DNA from: Eledone cirrhosa
Taxonomy: Eukaryota
Length of the DNA: 64,000 nucleotides
Direction of reading: 5' to 3'
Assembly: GCA_964016885.1 (NCBI GenBank)
Contig: OZ024740.1
Location: 313,224,001-313,288,000, forward strand
Below are positions 40,235 to 55,479 of this stretch, piece by piece. The first letter of the stretch is position 1; each line of letters begins with the position of its first letter. The notes under the pieces were generated by a model. It made no database searches. It saw only the letters and a program-made list of their open reading frames with translations, and was not told where the DNA came from. A program made the translations under genes and the position numbers.

Positions 40235-41190
40235 CATCTATCTCTATATATATATATATATCATCTATCTCTCTCTCTATATATATATATATCATCTCTC
40301 TCTCTATATATATATCATCTCTCTCTCTATATATATATCATCTCTCTCTCTATATATATATATCATCTCTCTCTCTATATATATATATCATCTCTCTCTC
40401 TCTATATATATATCATCTCTCTCTCTATATATATATATCATCTCCCTCTCTATATATATATATCATCTCTCTCTCTATATATATATATATCATCCATCTC
40501 TCTCTCTCTCTATATATATATATATCATCCATCTCTCTCTCTATATATATATATCATCTATCTCTCTCTCTCTATATATATATATCATCTATCTCTTTCT
40601 CTCTCTCTATATATATATCATCTATCTCCCTCTCTCTCTCTATATATATATATATCATCTATCTCTCTCTCTATATATATATCATCTATCTCTCTCTCTA
40701 TATATATATCATCTATCTCTCTCTCTATATATATATCATCTATCTCTCTCTATATATATATATCATCTATCTCTCTCTCTATATATATATCATCTATCTC
40801 TCTCTCTATATATATATCATCTATCTCTCTCTCTATATATATATCATCTATCTCTCTCTCTCTATATATATATCATCTATCTCTCTCTCTCTATATATAT
40901 ATCATCTATCTCTCTCTCTCTATATATATCATCTATCTCTCTCTCTATATATATATATCATCTATCTCTCTGTCTATATATATATCATCTATCTCTCTGT
41001 CTATATATATATCATCTATCTCTGTCTATATATATATCATCTATCTCTCTGTCTATATAATATATCATCTATCTCTCTGTCTATATATATATCATCTATC
41101 TCATCTCTCTATATATATATCATCTATCTCTCTCTCTCTATATATATATATCATCTATCTCTCTCTCTCTCTATATATATATATCATCTA

Positions 41191-41223
<33 letters not shown>

Positions 41224-41289
41224 CATCTATCTCTCTCTCTATATATATATCATCTATCTATCTCTATATATATATATATCATCTATCTA

Positions 41290-41379
<90 letters not shown>

Positions 41380-42650
41380 TCTATCTCTCTCTATATATAT
41401 ATATATCATCTATCTCTCTCTCTCTATATATATATCATCTATCTCTCTCTCTCTATATATATATCATCTATCTCTCTCTCTATATATATATATCATCTAT
41501 CTCTCTCTCTATATATATATATATCATCTATCTCTCTCTCTCTATATATATATCATCTATCTCTCTCTCTATATATATATATATCATCTATCTCTCTCTC
41601 TCTATATATATATATCATCTTATCTCTCTCTCTCTATATATATATATCATCTATCTCTCTCTCTCTATATATATATCATCTATCTCTCTCTCTATATATA
41701 TATCATCTATCTCTCTCTATATATATCATCCATCTCTCTCTCTCTCTATATATATATCATCTATCACTCTCTATATATATATCACCTATCTCTCTCTATA
41801 TATATATATCATCTCTCTCTCTATATATATATATCATCTATCTCTCTCTCTATATATATCATCTATCTCTCTCTCTATATATATCATCTATCTATATATA
41901 TATATATGTATATCATCTATCTATATATATATATCATCTATCTATCTATATATATATATATATATATATATCATCTATCTCTCTCTCTATATATATATCA
42001 TCTATCCCTCTCTATATATATATCATCTATCTCTCTCTCTATATATATCATCTATCTCTCTCTCTATATATATCATCTATCTCTCTCTATATATATATCA
42101 TCTATCTCTCTATATATATATATCATCTATCTCTCTATATATATATATCATCTATCTCTCTATATATATATAAATCATCTATCTCTCTATATATATATAT
42201 CATCTTATCTCTCTCTCCTATATATATATCATCTCTCTCTCTATATATATATCATCTATCTCTCTCTATATATATATCATTCTATCTCTCTCTATATATA
42301 TATCATCTATCTCTCTCATATATATATATCATCTATCTCTCTCTATATATATATCATCTATCTCTCTCTATATATATATCATCTATCTCTCTCTCTCTCT
42401 ATATATATATATATCATCTATCTCTCTCTCTCTATATATATATATATCATCTATCTCTCTCTATATCTATATATATATATATATCATCTATCTCTATATA
42501 TATATATATATATCATCTATCTCTCTCTATATATATATATATATATCATCTATCTTATATATATATATATATCTATCTATCTATATATATATATAATATA
42601 TATCATCTATCTATATATATATATATATATATATATAAATATATCATCTA

Positions 42651-42701
<51 letters not shown>

Positions 42702-42934
42702 CATCTATCTCTCTCTCTCTCTATATATATATATATCATCTATCTCTCTCTCTATATATATATATCATCTATCTCTCTCTCTATATATATATATCATCTA
42801 TCTGTCTCTATATATATATATATATCATCTATCTATCTCTATATATATATATCATCTATCTCTCTCTCTCTATATATATATATATAGATCATCTATCTAT
42901 CTCTCTCTCTCTCTATATATATATCATCTATCTA

Positions 42935-42965
<31 letters not shown>

Positions 42966-42971
42966 CATCTA

Positions 42972-43004
<33 letters not shown>

Positions 43005-43053
43005 CATCTATCTATCTCTCTCTCTCTATATATATATATATATCATCTATCTA

Positions 43054-43086
<33 letters not shown>

Positions 43087-43984
43087 CATCTATCTCTCTT
43101 TCTATATATATATATATCATCTATCTCTCTCTCTCTATATATATATCATCTATCTCTCTATATATATATCATCTATCTCTATATATATATATCATCTATC
43201 TATCTCTATATATATATCATCTATCTATCTCTATATATTATATCATCTATCTCTCTCTATATATATATATCATCTATCTCTCTCTATATATATATATCAT
43301 CTATCTCTCTCTCTCTATATATATATATCATCTATCTCTCTCTATATATATATCATCTATCACTATATATATATATATCAATCTATCACTATATATATAT
43401 ATATCATCTATCACTATATATATATATATCATCTATCACTATATATATATATATCATCTATCACTATATATATATATATCATCTATCACTATATATATAT
43501 ATATCTATCACTATATATATATATAATCTATCACTATATATATATATATCATCTATCACTATATATATATATATCATCTATCACTATATATATATATATC
43601 ATCTATCACTATATATATATATATCATCTATCACTATATATATATAATCATCTATCACTATATATATATATCATCTATCACTATATATATATATCATCTA
43701 TCTCTATATATATATATATATATATATCATCTATCTCTCTCTCTCTCGTATATATATATATATCATCTATCTATCTCTCTATATATATATATCATCTATC
43801 TATCTCTCTCTCTATATATATATATCATCTATCTCTATATATAATCATCTATCTCTCTCTCTATATATATATATCATCTCTCTCTATATATATATATCAT
43901 CTCTCTCTATATATATATATCATCTCTCTCTATATATATATATCATCCTATCTCTATATATATATATATCATCTATATCATCTA

Positions 43985-44015
<31 letters not shown>

Positions 44016-44536
44016 CATCTATCTCTATATATATATATATATCATCTATCTCTCTCTCTATATATATATATCATCTCTCTCTCTATATATATATCATCTC
44101 TCTCTCTATATATATATCATCTCTCTCTCTATATATATATATCATCTCTCTCTCTATATATATATATCATCTCTCTCTCTCTATATATATATCATCTCTC
44201 TCTCTATATATATATATCATCTCCCTCTCTATATATATATATCATCTCTCTCTCTATATATATATATCATCTATCTCTATTATATTATATCATCTATCTC
44301 TATATATATATATCATCTATCTCTATATATATATCATCTATCTCTCTATATATATATATATCATCTATCTCTCTCTATATATATATATATCATCTATCTC
44401 TCTCTATATATATATATATCATCTATCTCTCTCTCTATATATATATATCATCTATCTCTCTCTATATATAGAGAGAGAGAGATAGATGATATATATATAG
44501 ATAGATAGATAGATGATATATATATAGAGATATATG

Positions 44537-44564
<28 letters not shown>

Positions 44565-44567
<3 letters not shown>

Positions 44568-45152
44568 AAGAAAAAGAGATGAAATCGAAAATGCAACTGG
44601 AGTCTTATTTTTTTCAAAAATATATATATTTATTTGGTTCCTTTACCGGTTTCGCAGTTCTTTAATGAAAATTTGTTCACGTGACAGCCATAATTTCATT
44701 TATTACCAACCAAAAAAAAGCCTTCGTGAGCCTCCTTTTTTCAAGTAAAAAGAAATTCAAACACTCATATATGAAAAAACAACCTGTGACAACCCCTCTT
44801 ATTTGAAGAACTATTGTAACGCGAACTGGCGCGAAATTTATTATAATTATTGACAAACCAATCAAATTACTTCTCGAAAAACCTGGCATTTTCGAGCCAC
44901 TTTTTCCATATAAAACAAGTAACATTCAGAGACCAACCAGATGTGAGAAAAACCACAGACCCTCCATCTCAACTCACCTTTTGAAAAGTAGAAGAACTGC
45001 GAAACCGGTAAAGGAACCAAATAAATATATATATTTTTTTTTAAAATAAGACTCCAGTTGCATTTTCGATTTCATCTCTTTTTCTTTATACTTTCACTCG
45101 TGTAGGACACCTCGGTTATTTTTCATTTTGTAAAAAAAAACTCACTTTCTAA
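44565..45152 (+). mobile_element. Penelope-type pseudo-LTR with an inverted partial 5' copy
   Basis: 44565-44661 is the reverse complement of ~44993-45090; contains a hammerhead motif; second direct copy at 50696-50907. Confidence 0.75.
44977..45014 (+). ncRNA. Minimal hammerhead ribozyme motif, U3-A8 core variant
   Basis: CCTT-TTGAAAA-GTAG(aagaa)CTGC-GAA-A-CCGG-T-A-AAGG. Confidence 0.7.
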
Positions 45153-45315
45153 TATATATATATATATAGAGATAGATGATATATATATAGATAGATGATA
45201 TATATATATAGATAGATGATATATATATATATATATAGATAGATGATATATATATATAGATAGATGATATATATATATAGATGATATATATATAGAGAGA
45301 TAGATGATATATATA

Positions 45316-46617
45316 TGCTGAACTCCAACCAACATGGATTCCGTAATGGAAGGGATTGCCTGACGCAGCTACTGCATCACTTTGATGACATTTTGAGAGC
45401 CTTGAGAGAGGGTTCCAACACTGATGTTATCTACCTTAATTTCAGCAAGGCCTTTGACAGGGTTGATCACAACATTCTACTGAGAAAGCTGTCCAATATT
45501 GGTGTCACTGGAAAGCTGCCTCAGTGTATCAAGTGCTTCCTGTCAAACAGAACCCAACATGTTGTAGTCGAAGGTGTCAAATCCAGCCCAGCCAAAGTCA
45601 GTAGTGAGGTCCCACAAGGCACTGTGTTGGGCCCACTTCTCTTCATCATCTATATTAATGACATCACTGACATCATCAAACACAGCAACATTAGAATTTT
45701 CGCTGATGATTCCAAGCTCCAAAAGGTCATCAATGGCGTGGATGACCGGATAAGCCTTCAGTCAGACCTACTGGCTGTTATCCAATGGGCAAAAAAGAAC
45801 AACATGTTACTGAACGAAGACAAATTCGAACTGATCCACTTTGGAAAAGAGGATGCTCTGAAACTCCCGTACTCCCTTCCCTCCGGTGAAACTCTTGTGG
45901 CATCTAACAACATCAGAGACTTGGGAGTAACCGTGGACAGCAACATAAGCTGGGCCACGCATATAAGCAGCAAAGTTGACATGGCCCGCAGAATGTGTTC
46001 CTGGATCCTCAGAACCTTCCAGTCGAGAGATTCCCACACCATTATCCTTCTCTTCTCCACTTTTGCCCGACCACACCTTGAATACTGTTGTCCACTGTGG
46101 TCTCCCCACACGAAACAAAGTATCGTGAAACTTGAAGCTCCCCAAAGGGCAATCACGAAAAAGATAGATGGCATGTCAGCCTGAGCGTTATATTATCTGC
46201 ATGATGTGGAAAATGTTTCATCAGCACTGCCCAAATGATGTTGGCATCACCTTCAAAATACACCCAAGGCTTGGGCCTCGTGCTATCCGTCCCAAACAAA
46301 AATCTAAATCGCAACACATAACAACAATACGGCACAATTATTTCACCTCAATTGGCCCGACTCTCTTCAACATCACACCAGGACACGTCAAAACAGAAAC
46401 TGACCACACAAAATTCAAGAAGTCTTTGGACAAATTCCTCCAAGTAATCCCAGACAAACCACCCACACCCGGATATGTCTCCGCAAACAGTAATTCTCTT
46501 CTCGAATGGGCCATGGTGCCCAAATCCTGAGTTGAAAGACTTCGCCAGGTGGTGCTATTAAGTTAGACATGGCCTGGGCCAATACTGGCCAAAACATTTC
46601 AAAGTTATTCAAAGTTA
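45316..46617 (+). mobile_element. CR1-group LINE, 5'-truncated copy
   Basis: RT ORF 45315-46184 homologous to 25450-26565; short internal deletion near 46183; tail TTCAAAGTTA x2. Confidence 0.92.
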
Positions 46618-47485
46618 TATAGAGAGAAATAGATGATATATAAATATATATATAGATGATATATATATATATATAGATGATATATATATATATATAGATG
46701 ATATATATATATATATATATAGATGATATATATATATATATATATAGATGATATATATATATATATAGATGATATATATATATATATAGATGATATATAT
46801 ATATATATAGATGATATATATATATATATAGACGATATATATATATATATATAGACGATATATATATATAGATGATATATATATATATATAGATGATATA
46901 TATATATATATAGATGATATATATATATAGATGATATATATATATATATAGATGATATATATATATATATAGATGATATATATATATATATAGATGATAT
47001 ATATATATATATAGATGATATATATATATATATAGATGATATATATATATATATAGATGATATATATATATAGATGATATATATATATAGATGATATATA
47101 TATATATATAGATGATATATATATATATATAGATGATATATATATATAGATGATATATATATAGATGATATATATATAGATGATATATATATATATAGAT
47201 GATATATATATATATATATATATAGATATATATATATATATATAGATGATATATATATATAGATGATATATATATATATATATATATATAGATTATATAT
47301 ATATATATAGATGATATATTTATATATCATATATATAGATATATCATATATATATAAATATATAGATATATCATATATATATATAGATAGATGATATATA
47401 TATATAGATATATATCATCTATCTATATATATATGATATATATCTATATGATATAATATATATCATATATCTATATATATATATA

Positions 47486-47599
47486 TGCCAGACAGTCCTA
47501 TGCGAGCAAGACAATCACTCTTGCCTCAAGTGGGAAAACCCCCGTCCAAACCCATGCAAGCGTGGAACACGGACGTTAAACGATGATGATGATGATGAT
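47486..47599 (+). mobile_element. RTE-PHD subfamily A 3' terminal fragment
   Basis: Matches 24274-24393. Confidence 0.9.
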
Positions 47600-47624
47600 A
47601 TATATATATATGATATATCATCTA

Positions 47625-47680
<56 letters not shown>

Positions 47681-47749
47681 TATATCATATATATTATATC
47701 ATATATATATATATATATATATATATCATATATATATATATTATGATAT

Positions 47750-47822
<73 letters not shown>

Positions 47823-47911
47823 CATATATATATATATATATGATATATATATATATTATTATATATATATATGATATATATATATATATATATATAATAA
47901 TATATTTATAT

Positions 47912-48002
<91 letters not shown>

Positions 48003-48447
48003 TATATATATATATATATAGATATATCATATATATATATATATGATATATAAATATATTATTATATATATATATATATATATCATATATATATATATAT
48101 ATAGATATATCATATATATATATATATGATATATAAATATATTATTATATATATATATATATATCATATATATATATATATATATATAGATATATCATAT
48201 ATATATATATATGATATATAAATATATTATTATATATATATATATATATAAATATATCATTATATATATATATAGATATATCATATATATATATATGATA
48301 TATAATATATCATATATATCATATATATAAATATATATATATATATCATATATATATATATATATATATCATATATATATATATATATCATATATATATA
48401 TATATATATCATATATATATATATATATATCATATATATATATATAT

Positions 48448-48482
<35 letters not shown>

Positions 48483-48516
48483 ATATATATATATATATCA
48501 TTATATATATATATAT

Positions 48517-48551
<35 letters not shown>

Positions 48552-48848
48552 ATATATATATATATCATATATATATATATATATATCATATATATATATA
48601 TATATCTATATATATATATATATATATATATATCTATATATATATATATATATATCATATATATATATATATATATCATATATATATATATATATCATAT
48701 ATATCATATATATATATATATATATATCATATATATATATATATATATATATATCATATATATATATATATATATATCATATATATATATATATATATAT
48801 CATATATATATATATATATATATATATCATATATATATATATATATAT

Positions 48849-48974
<126 letters not shown>

Positions 48975-49054
48975 TATATATATATATATATATCATATAT
49001 ATATATATATATATATCATATATATATATATATATATCATATATATATATATAT

Positions 49055-49138
<84 letters not shown>

Positions 49139-49139
49139 C

Positions 49140-49216
<77 letters not shown>

Positions 49217-49444
49217 ATATAAATATATCATATATATAAATATATCATATATATAAATATATCATATATATAAATATATCATATATATAAATATATCATA
49301 TATATAAATATATCATATATATAAATATATCATATATATAAATATATCATATATATATAAATATATCATATATATATAAATATATCATATATATATAAAT
49401 ATATCATATATATATATATAAATATATATATATATAAATATATC

Positions 49445-49477
<33 letters not shown>

Positions 49478-49996
49478 AATATATATATATATAAATATAT
49501 CATATATATATATAAATATATCATATATATATATATAAATATATCATATATATATATATAAATATATCATATATATATATAAATATATCATATATATATA
49601 TAAATATATCATATATATATATATAAATATATCATATATATATATATAAATATATCATATATATATAAATATACCATATATATATAAATATATCATATAT
49701 ATATATAAATATATCATATATATATATAAATATATCATATATATATATAAATATATCATATATATATATAAATGTATCATATATATATATAAATATATCA
49801 TATATATATATATATATAAATATATCATATATATATATATATATATATAAATATATCATATATATATAAATATATCATATATATATATCATATATATATA
49901 AATATATCATATATATATATATATAAATATATATATATAAATATATATAAATATAAATATATCATATATATATATATATAAATATATATATATATA

Positions 49997-50028
<32 letters not shown>

Positions 50029-50065
50029 AATATATATAAATATATATATATATATAAATATATAT

Positions 50066-50412
50066 ATCATCATCATCATCATCATTTCATTTTACGTCCG
50101 CTTTTTCCCTGCTTGCAAGGGTGGGACGGGAACTGATGCTGGCTTGATTTCTACAGCTGGATGCCTTTCCTAACACCAACCTCATTTACAGTGAGTGCTG
50201 GGTGCTTTTTTTTCCGTGCACCTCCGCGACCACTTTGCAGTGGAATGATAGGACCCCAGTCCCTATCATCTCATTTCTACAGCTGAGTAAACTGGAGCAA
50301 TGTGAAATAAAGTGTCTTGGTCAAGGAAACAAAACATCACCCGGTCTGAGAATTGAACTCACAACCTTTCGATTGCAAGGCCAATGCTCTAACCACTAAG
50401 CCATGTGCCTCC
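50066..50412 (-). mobile_element. Full-length tRNA-derived SINE with an RTE-derived tail
   Basis: Minus strand A box TGGCTTAGTGG, B box GAGTTCAATTC, core, then GGTGTTAGGAAAGGCATCCAGCTGTAGAAA...CGGACGTAAAATG and a (ATG)n tail. Confidence 0.85.
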
Positions 50413-50428
50413 ATATATATATATAGAT

Positions 50429-50462
<34 letters not shown>

Positions 50463-50695
50463 TTATATATATAGATTATATATATATATATATCATCATC
50501 ATCGTTTAACATCCATTTTCCATGTTAGCATGGGTTAGATGGGTTGTCTCGTTTGAGACAAGTTAGGTCAGGTGACCATGTCTTGCTCATACAAAACTGT
50601 TCCTGGCTTGGCTTCTATGGCCCTTCCCACGGCCAACCACAAGTGGGCTGGGTATATGTATATATATATATGTATGTATATATATATATATATAC

Positions 50696-50900
50696 ATGTG
50701 AGAAAAACCACAGACCCTCCATCTCAACTCACCTTTTGAAAAGCAGAAGAACTGCGAAACCGGTAAAGGAACCAAATAAATATATATATTTTTTAAAAAA
50801 ATAAGACTCCAGTTGCATTTTCGATTTCATCTCTTTTTCTTTATACTTTCACTCGTGTAGGACACCTCGGTTATTTTTCATTTTGTAAAAAAAACCTCAC

Positions 50901-50907
<7 letters not shown>
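50696..50907 (+). mobile_element. Second copy of the hammerhead-bearing pLTR (hammerhead at 50732-50769)
   Basis: Near-identical to 44941-45152; stem II here is the perfect GCAG/CTGC. Confidence 0.8.
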
Positions 50908-50938
<31 letters not shown>

Positions 50939-50939
<1 letters not shown>

Positions 50940-51140
50940 AGAAATGACTTCTACAGGACCAGTACTGTTTCATTTGCATGAAATCATCAGGAATATGTCT
51001 TGATTATTTCATACGAATGAAACAGTTCTAGTCATGTAGAAGTTATTTCTATATCAAATAAACATGCTTCTTCTCTACTAATGTATTGAGTACCTCATTT
51101 AACTAGGTTTATCATTTGATCCCCTTTAGAAAACTATCCT
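50939..51140. mobile_element. Distant hairpin-plus-tail element (54-bp arms)
   Basis: Arms 50939-50992 and 50998-51051; tail motif CTCTACTA-AT-GTATTGAGTAC at 51073-51093. Confidence 0.7.
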
Positions 51141-51379
51141 GAATTATGCACACATACATCCCACCATATATATATATATATATATATTTATTAAAATAAC
51201 AGATTAAAGTTTGTGTGTGTGTGTGTGTGGTTTGTAAAAAGAAAAAAAACGTACCAGACTTGAAAAACTGTGGTGCTATCTGTACGATATTAACTAAATC
51301 CCTTCAAGATGGTGGCACGGCATGGCCACACACACACACACACATCATCGTTTTTATGTCCGTTTTTCTATGCTTGCAT

Positions 51380-52960
51380 GGTCATCATCATCATCATTTT
51401 ACTTCTGTTTTTCCCTGCTTGCAAGGGTGGTACGGGTCTTATTCAGCACAGCATCTCTCCACTTGTCATGGTCCTTCGTCATCGCCACCGAGCTTCAGCG
51501 ATCTGAGGTCTGTTCTCACCACGTCTTCCTTCAACTGGCATTTCCTGGCACTTCTTCACTCATCGGTTATCCTCCATGCGCATCACATGTCCATACCACC
51601 TCAGTCTCCTTTCTCGCACACTACATTCTATCCCTCTCAGACACAGTTTCTCTCAACACATTCATGCTGGGTCGTTCACGCATATTGACATTGCACATCC
51701 AACGGAGCATGCTTGCCTCATTTCTCTCCAGCCGTCGCATATCCTCTGCAGTTGCTGCCCATGTCTCACTACCATGCAGCATCGCGCTCCTCACACAGGC
51801 ATCATATAACCGGCCTTTCGTACGCAGGGAGAAACTCTTCTTCGTCAGCAGAGGAAGCAGCTCCCTAAACTTCTTCCAACCCGTCCTTATTCTAGATACT
51901 ATGGCCTCGGAACCCCCCCCCCCCAATGCTAATCTGATCTCCTAGGTACCAGAAGCTATCCACCACTTCTATAGCACCCACCTGCATTTAAAAAATGTGT
52001 CTATCAATGCGACTTCTACTGTCTAATTTCCCTGTACATCTACTGCATACGTATTTCTCCCTACCTGTTAGTTTGCCTGCTATCCCGCTACATCTCTTGT
52101 GTACCCAGGATCTGCATTGTGTGCATTTTATAGAATTTATGCCAGTTCCTTTTCTGCATATCAAACATAGTCATTTCCCTGACAGAATCAAAGTTTTGTC
52201 CTCTTTTCTACTCATCAACACTTTTGTCTTAGCTAGGTTCACTCTCAGTCCTCTTGCTTCCAACTGCTGTTTCCATAGCCAGAATTTATTCTCTAGCTCC
52301 TCTACTGATTCTGCTATAAGAACCAGATCGTCAGGATAGAGAAGTTCCCATGGACAGCCAGTCTTAAACTCCTCTGTTATGGCTTGGAGGACTATAATGA
52401 ACAAGAGCGGGTTGAGGACTGAACCTTGATGTACTCCTACTTGTATCTGGAATTACTCACTAAACTCCATTCCAACCCTGACTTTACTGAGAGTACCTCT
52501 GTACAAAGTTTGCACTATCCTCACAAGCCATACCTCAACACCTAGTTTCCTTAGGGACTACCAGATGACAGATCGGGGTACCCTATCAAAGGCTTTCTCT
52601 AGGTCAACAAAGGCTAAGTATAGTGGCTTATTTTTCTCTAAGAACCACTCTTGTAATTGTCTCACCAAGAAGATGGCATCTGTTGTACTCTTCCCAGGCA
52701 CAAAACCAAACTGCATCTCATCTAGTTTGACCCTTTCGCTAATTAGTTGTGCTAATATCCTTTCTGCCACTTTCATAACCTGATCCATCAGTTTTATACT
52801 CCTATAATTGCTCCTCTCCAGTTTTATACCCCTATAATTGCTCCTTTACCTTTGTAGCAATTTATAAGAATACTGCTACACCAGTCTTTGGGTATGACAC
52901 CACCATATATAGCCTGATTGATGATGCATGCAACCAGTTTAGTGCCTACGTCCCCTGATG
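51380..52960 (-). mobile_element. Older, degenerate RTE-PHD family copy
   Basis: [56 protein letters not shown]; stops and frameshifts; ~30-bp tandem duplication at ~52788-52846. Confidence 0.88.
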
Positions 52961-52964
52961 TGAA

Positions 52965-53077
52965 ATAATGTGAAATAAAGTGTCTTGCTCAAGGAAACAA
53001 CACATCACCCGGTCTGAGAATTGAACTCACAACCTTTTGATTGCAAGGCCAATGCTCTAACTACTAAGCCATGTGCC
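52965..53077 (-). mobile_element. SINE head fragment (same family as 50066)
   Basis: Matches 50300-50410. Confidence 0.8.
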
Positions 53078-53095
53078 TATATATATATATATATA

Positions 53096-53509
53096 TCATC
53101 ATCATCATCATCATCAACGTTTAACGTCCGTGTTCCACGCTTGCATGGGTTTGGACGGGGGTATTCCCACTTGAGGCAAGAGTGATTGTCTTGCTCGCAT
53201 AGGACTGTCTGGCAGGTTTTCTACAGTTGGATGCCCTTCCTAACACCAACCACATTTACAGTGTGGGTCTGGGAGGTTTTTACCGTGTTGCCTACACGGC
53301 CACATTACAGCGTGGACTGTGTGTTTTTTTGTCGTGACACCTACACGATCTCATTTGTTTCGGCCTGGATGGCGCGGCACCAACATAACTTTACATAGAA
53401 CGGGGTGGTGTGGATGGGGTGGGCGTGGTGGCGGGACGGGGTGTAGTTTGTTAGAGATGCCTACTGGCAAGGCGGGTCTTCTGTTACTGAGTACCGCCAA
53501 AGGTCTCGG

Positions 53510-53513
<4 letters not shown>
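53096..53513 (-). mobile_element. RTE-PHD subfamily A 3' end with a small deletion
   Basis: Colinear with 60850-61297. Confidence 0.9.
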
Positions 53514-53549
<36 letters not shown>

Positions 53550-53558
<9 letters not shown>

Positions 53559-53830
53559 TAAAAAAATAATGAATAAAACAATGAAACAGTTCCTTATATT
53601 AAACAAAAAAAGTTCATGAACTTTTTTTGTTTAATATAAGGAACTGTTTAATATAAGGAACTGTTTCATTGTTTTATTCATTATTTTTTAAATATTTTAT
53701 CTTGACTCTGTATTCCGTTTATCTTTCACCGAAAGTGATTTTTCATTGCATCTCTTCTTTCCATGATATCCGGATTACATTGAGTTCTTCATACGGATTG
53801 GACACTACCGTAAACTCTTGGTAGATTTAT
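53550..53830. repeat. AT-rich spacerless palindrome (67-bp arm) plus ~130-nt unique tail between TA tracts
   Basis: Centre GTTCA|TGAAC at 53616/53617; the right arm carries a ~17-bp duplication. Confidence 0.75.
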
Positions 53831-53831
53831 C

Positions 53832-53889
<58 letters not shown>

Positions 53890-54195
53890 CTCCCAAAATA
53901 TGGTTCCGTATAAGCAAGATATGGCATGGCTAACTGGGCAGGCCCATCCCATCACAGTATCACCTAGTTCCACACTGTAAAGTTGGTTAGTGTTAAGAAG
54001 AGCATCAAGCTGTAAAAAAAAACTCAACCAAAATACAGTTCCATCTGAGAAAGTTACAGTGTGGCCAACTAGCCAGACTTGTCTCATAATGTGGGCAACC
54101 CATCTAACCCATGCAAGCATAGAAAAAATATACATTAAACGGTTCAGTGAGTGGAAAATGGCGATCCTAATGAAATCTCATTGTCTGGCTTGTTA

Positions 54196-54269
<74 letters not shown>

Positions 54270-55106
54270 CAAATATATATATATATACAAATATATATAT
54301 ATATACACATGTATATACAAATATATATACAAATATACATATACACACATGTATATACAAATATATATATACACACACACACACATACATATGTGAATAT
54401 ATATATATATGGTTTGTACATATTAGCATCTTTGTGTATGCATCTGTACATGCATGTGTTCATACATATATATATATATATATATATAAGAGTATGCAAT
54501 TATGACTATATATGTATGTGCATTGAGGCCTGAGTTTGTCTAGACATTACATAGTAAACCTGTGTTAGTGAGATTTGAATGTCAGAGCTACTGTGGATGT
54601 ATATGTTTGATAGTTTAAGAATGTAAATGAGTATGAATGTGTGTATGTAGGAATGTTAACAGGGTAGGTAGGTTATTGTAGACATACAAGGGAGAAATTT
54701 ACTACCTAACATACTTATATAGTTACAAATCCCCCAACTTAACATATATTTGTGTCACCCTCTCCTCTCTTTCACACATTATCTCTTTTCTATTTCACTC
54801 CCCTCTTACTCATTTTGGTTCTCTTTACTTCATACACTCTGGCTTTCTCTCATTTTATCACCTCTACTTGGCTCTATATCTTTATATCAGTTTTTCACAA
54901 TATCTTTTCCCTTCCCCATGTAACTACCCCCTTTTCTTCCACATTACCTATTTCTCTCAACCCTGCCTATTGTTTTATCTATCTAACTACCTCATATTCT
55001 GGTCCACACCTCCATCATAACTCTTGGATGTGTCTCTAGACCAGACACTGTGACATTAGACCATAGTCTTTTATTAAACAATTTCATAAGATTAACCATT
55101 AATTTG

Positions 55107-55467
55107 TCCTCCTCCACCCACATATTCCTGAGAGGGTCATGAGGGCAGAGTCCTCAAACACTCGAGTCCTGTCAGAAGCAGCCATCATCTGGATCCCTAA
55201 GCGAGACCAACCAAGTTCGTGGATGTTATCCAATCATCTATCTCGGAGTCTACTGTTGGTTGGTTTTTGCCAGAAAAATCTGCCCAGCGATTCTTTCCAG
55301 AGACATTCTAACCACTTGACCATAGTATCAAAGCTGTGATCTCTCAGTTCGGAGAAGTACCGGCTCTACCAGGAGTGATTCTCTGATCTCCGAGCTACGC
55401 ACTCTATCGACTCCAGAGGAACCCCATTTCGGCTGCTTGTATTTGTGATCATGTTCTTTCAGTCATT
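55107..55467 (-). mobile_element. RTE (Expander-like) 3' fragment
   Basis: Homologous to 2655-3093. Confidence 0.75.
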
Positions 55468-55479
55468 AATTGCTTATTA

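Noticed and set aside
50340-50412. tRNA-like sequence with A and B boxes (also 53010-53077, 55740-55812, 63298-63365)
   Set aside because: SINE heads continuous with SINE bodies; no complete cloverleaf.
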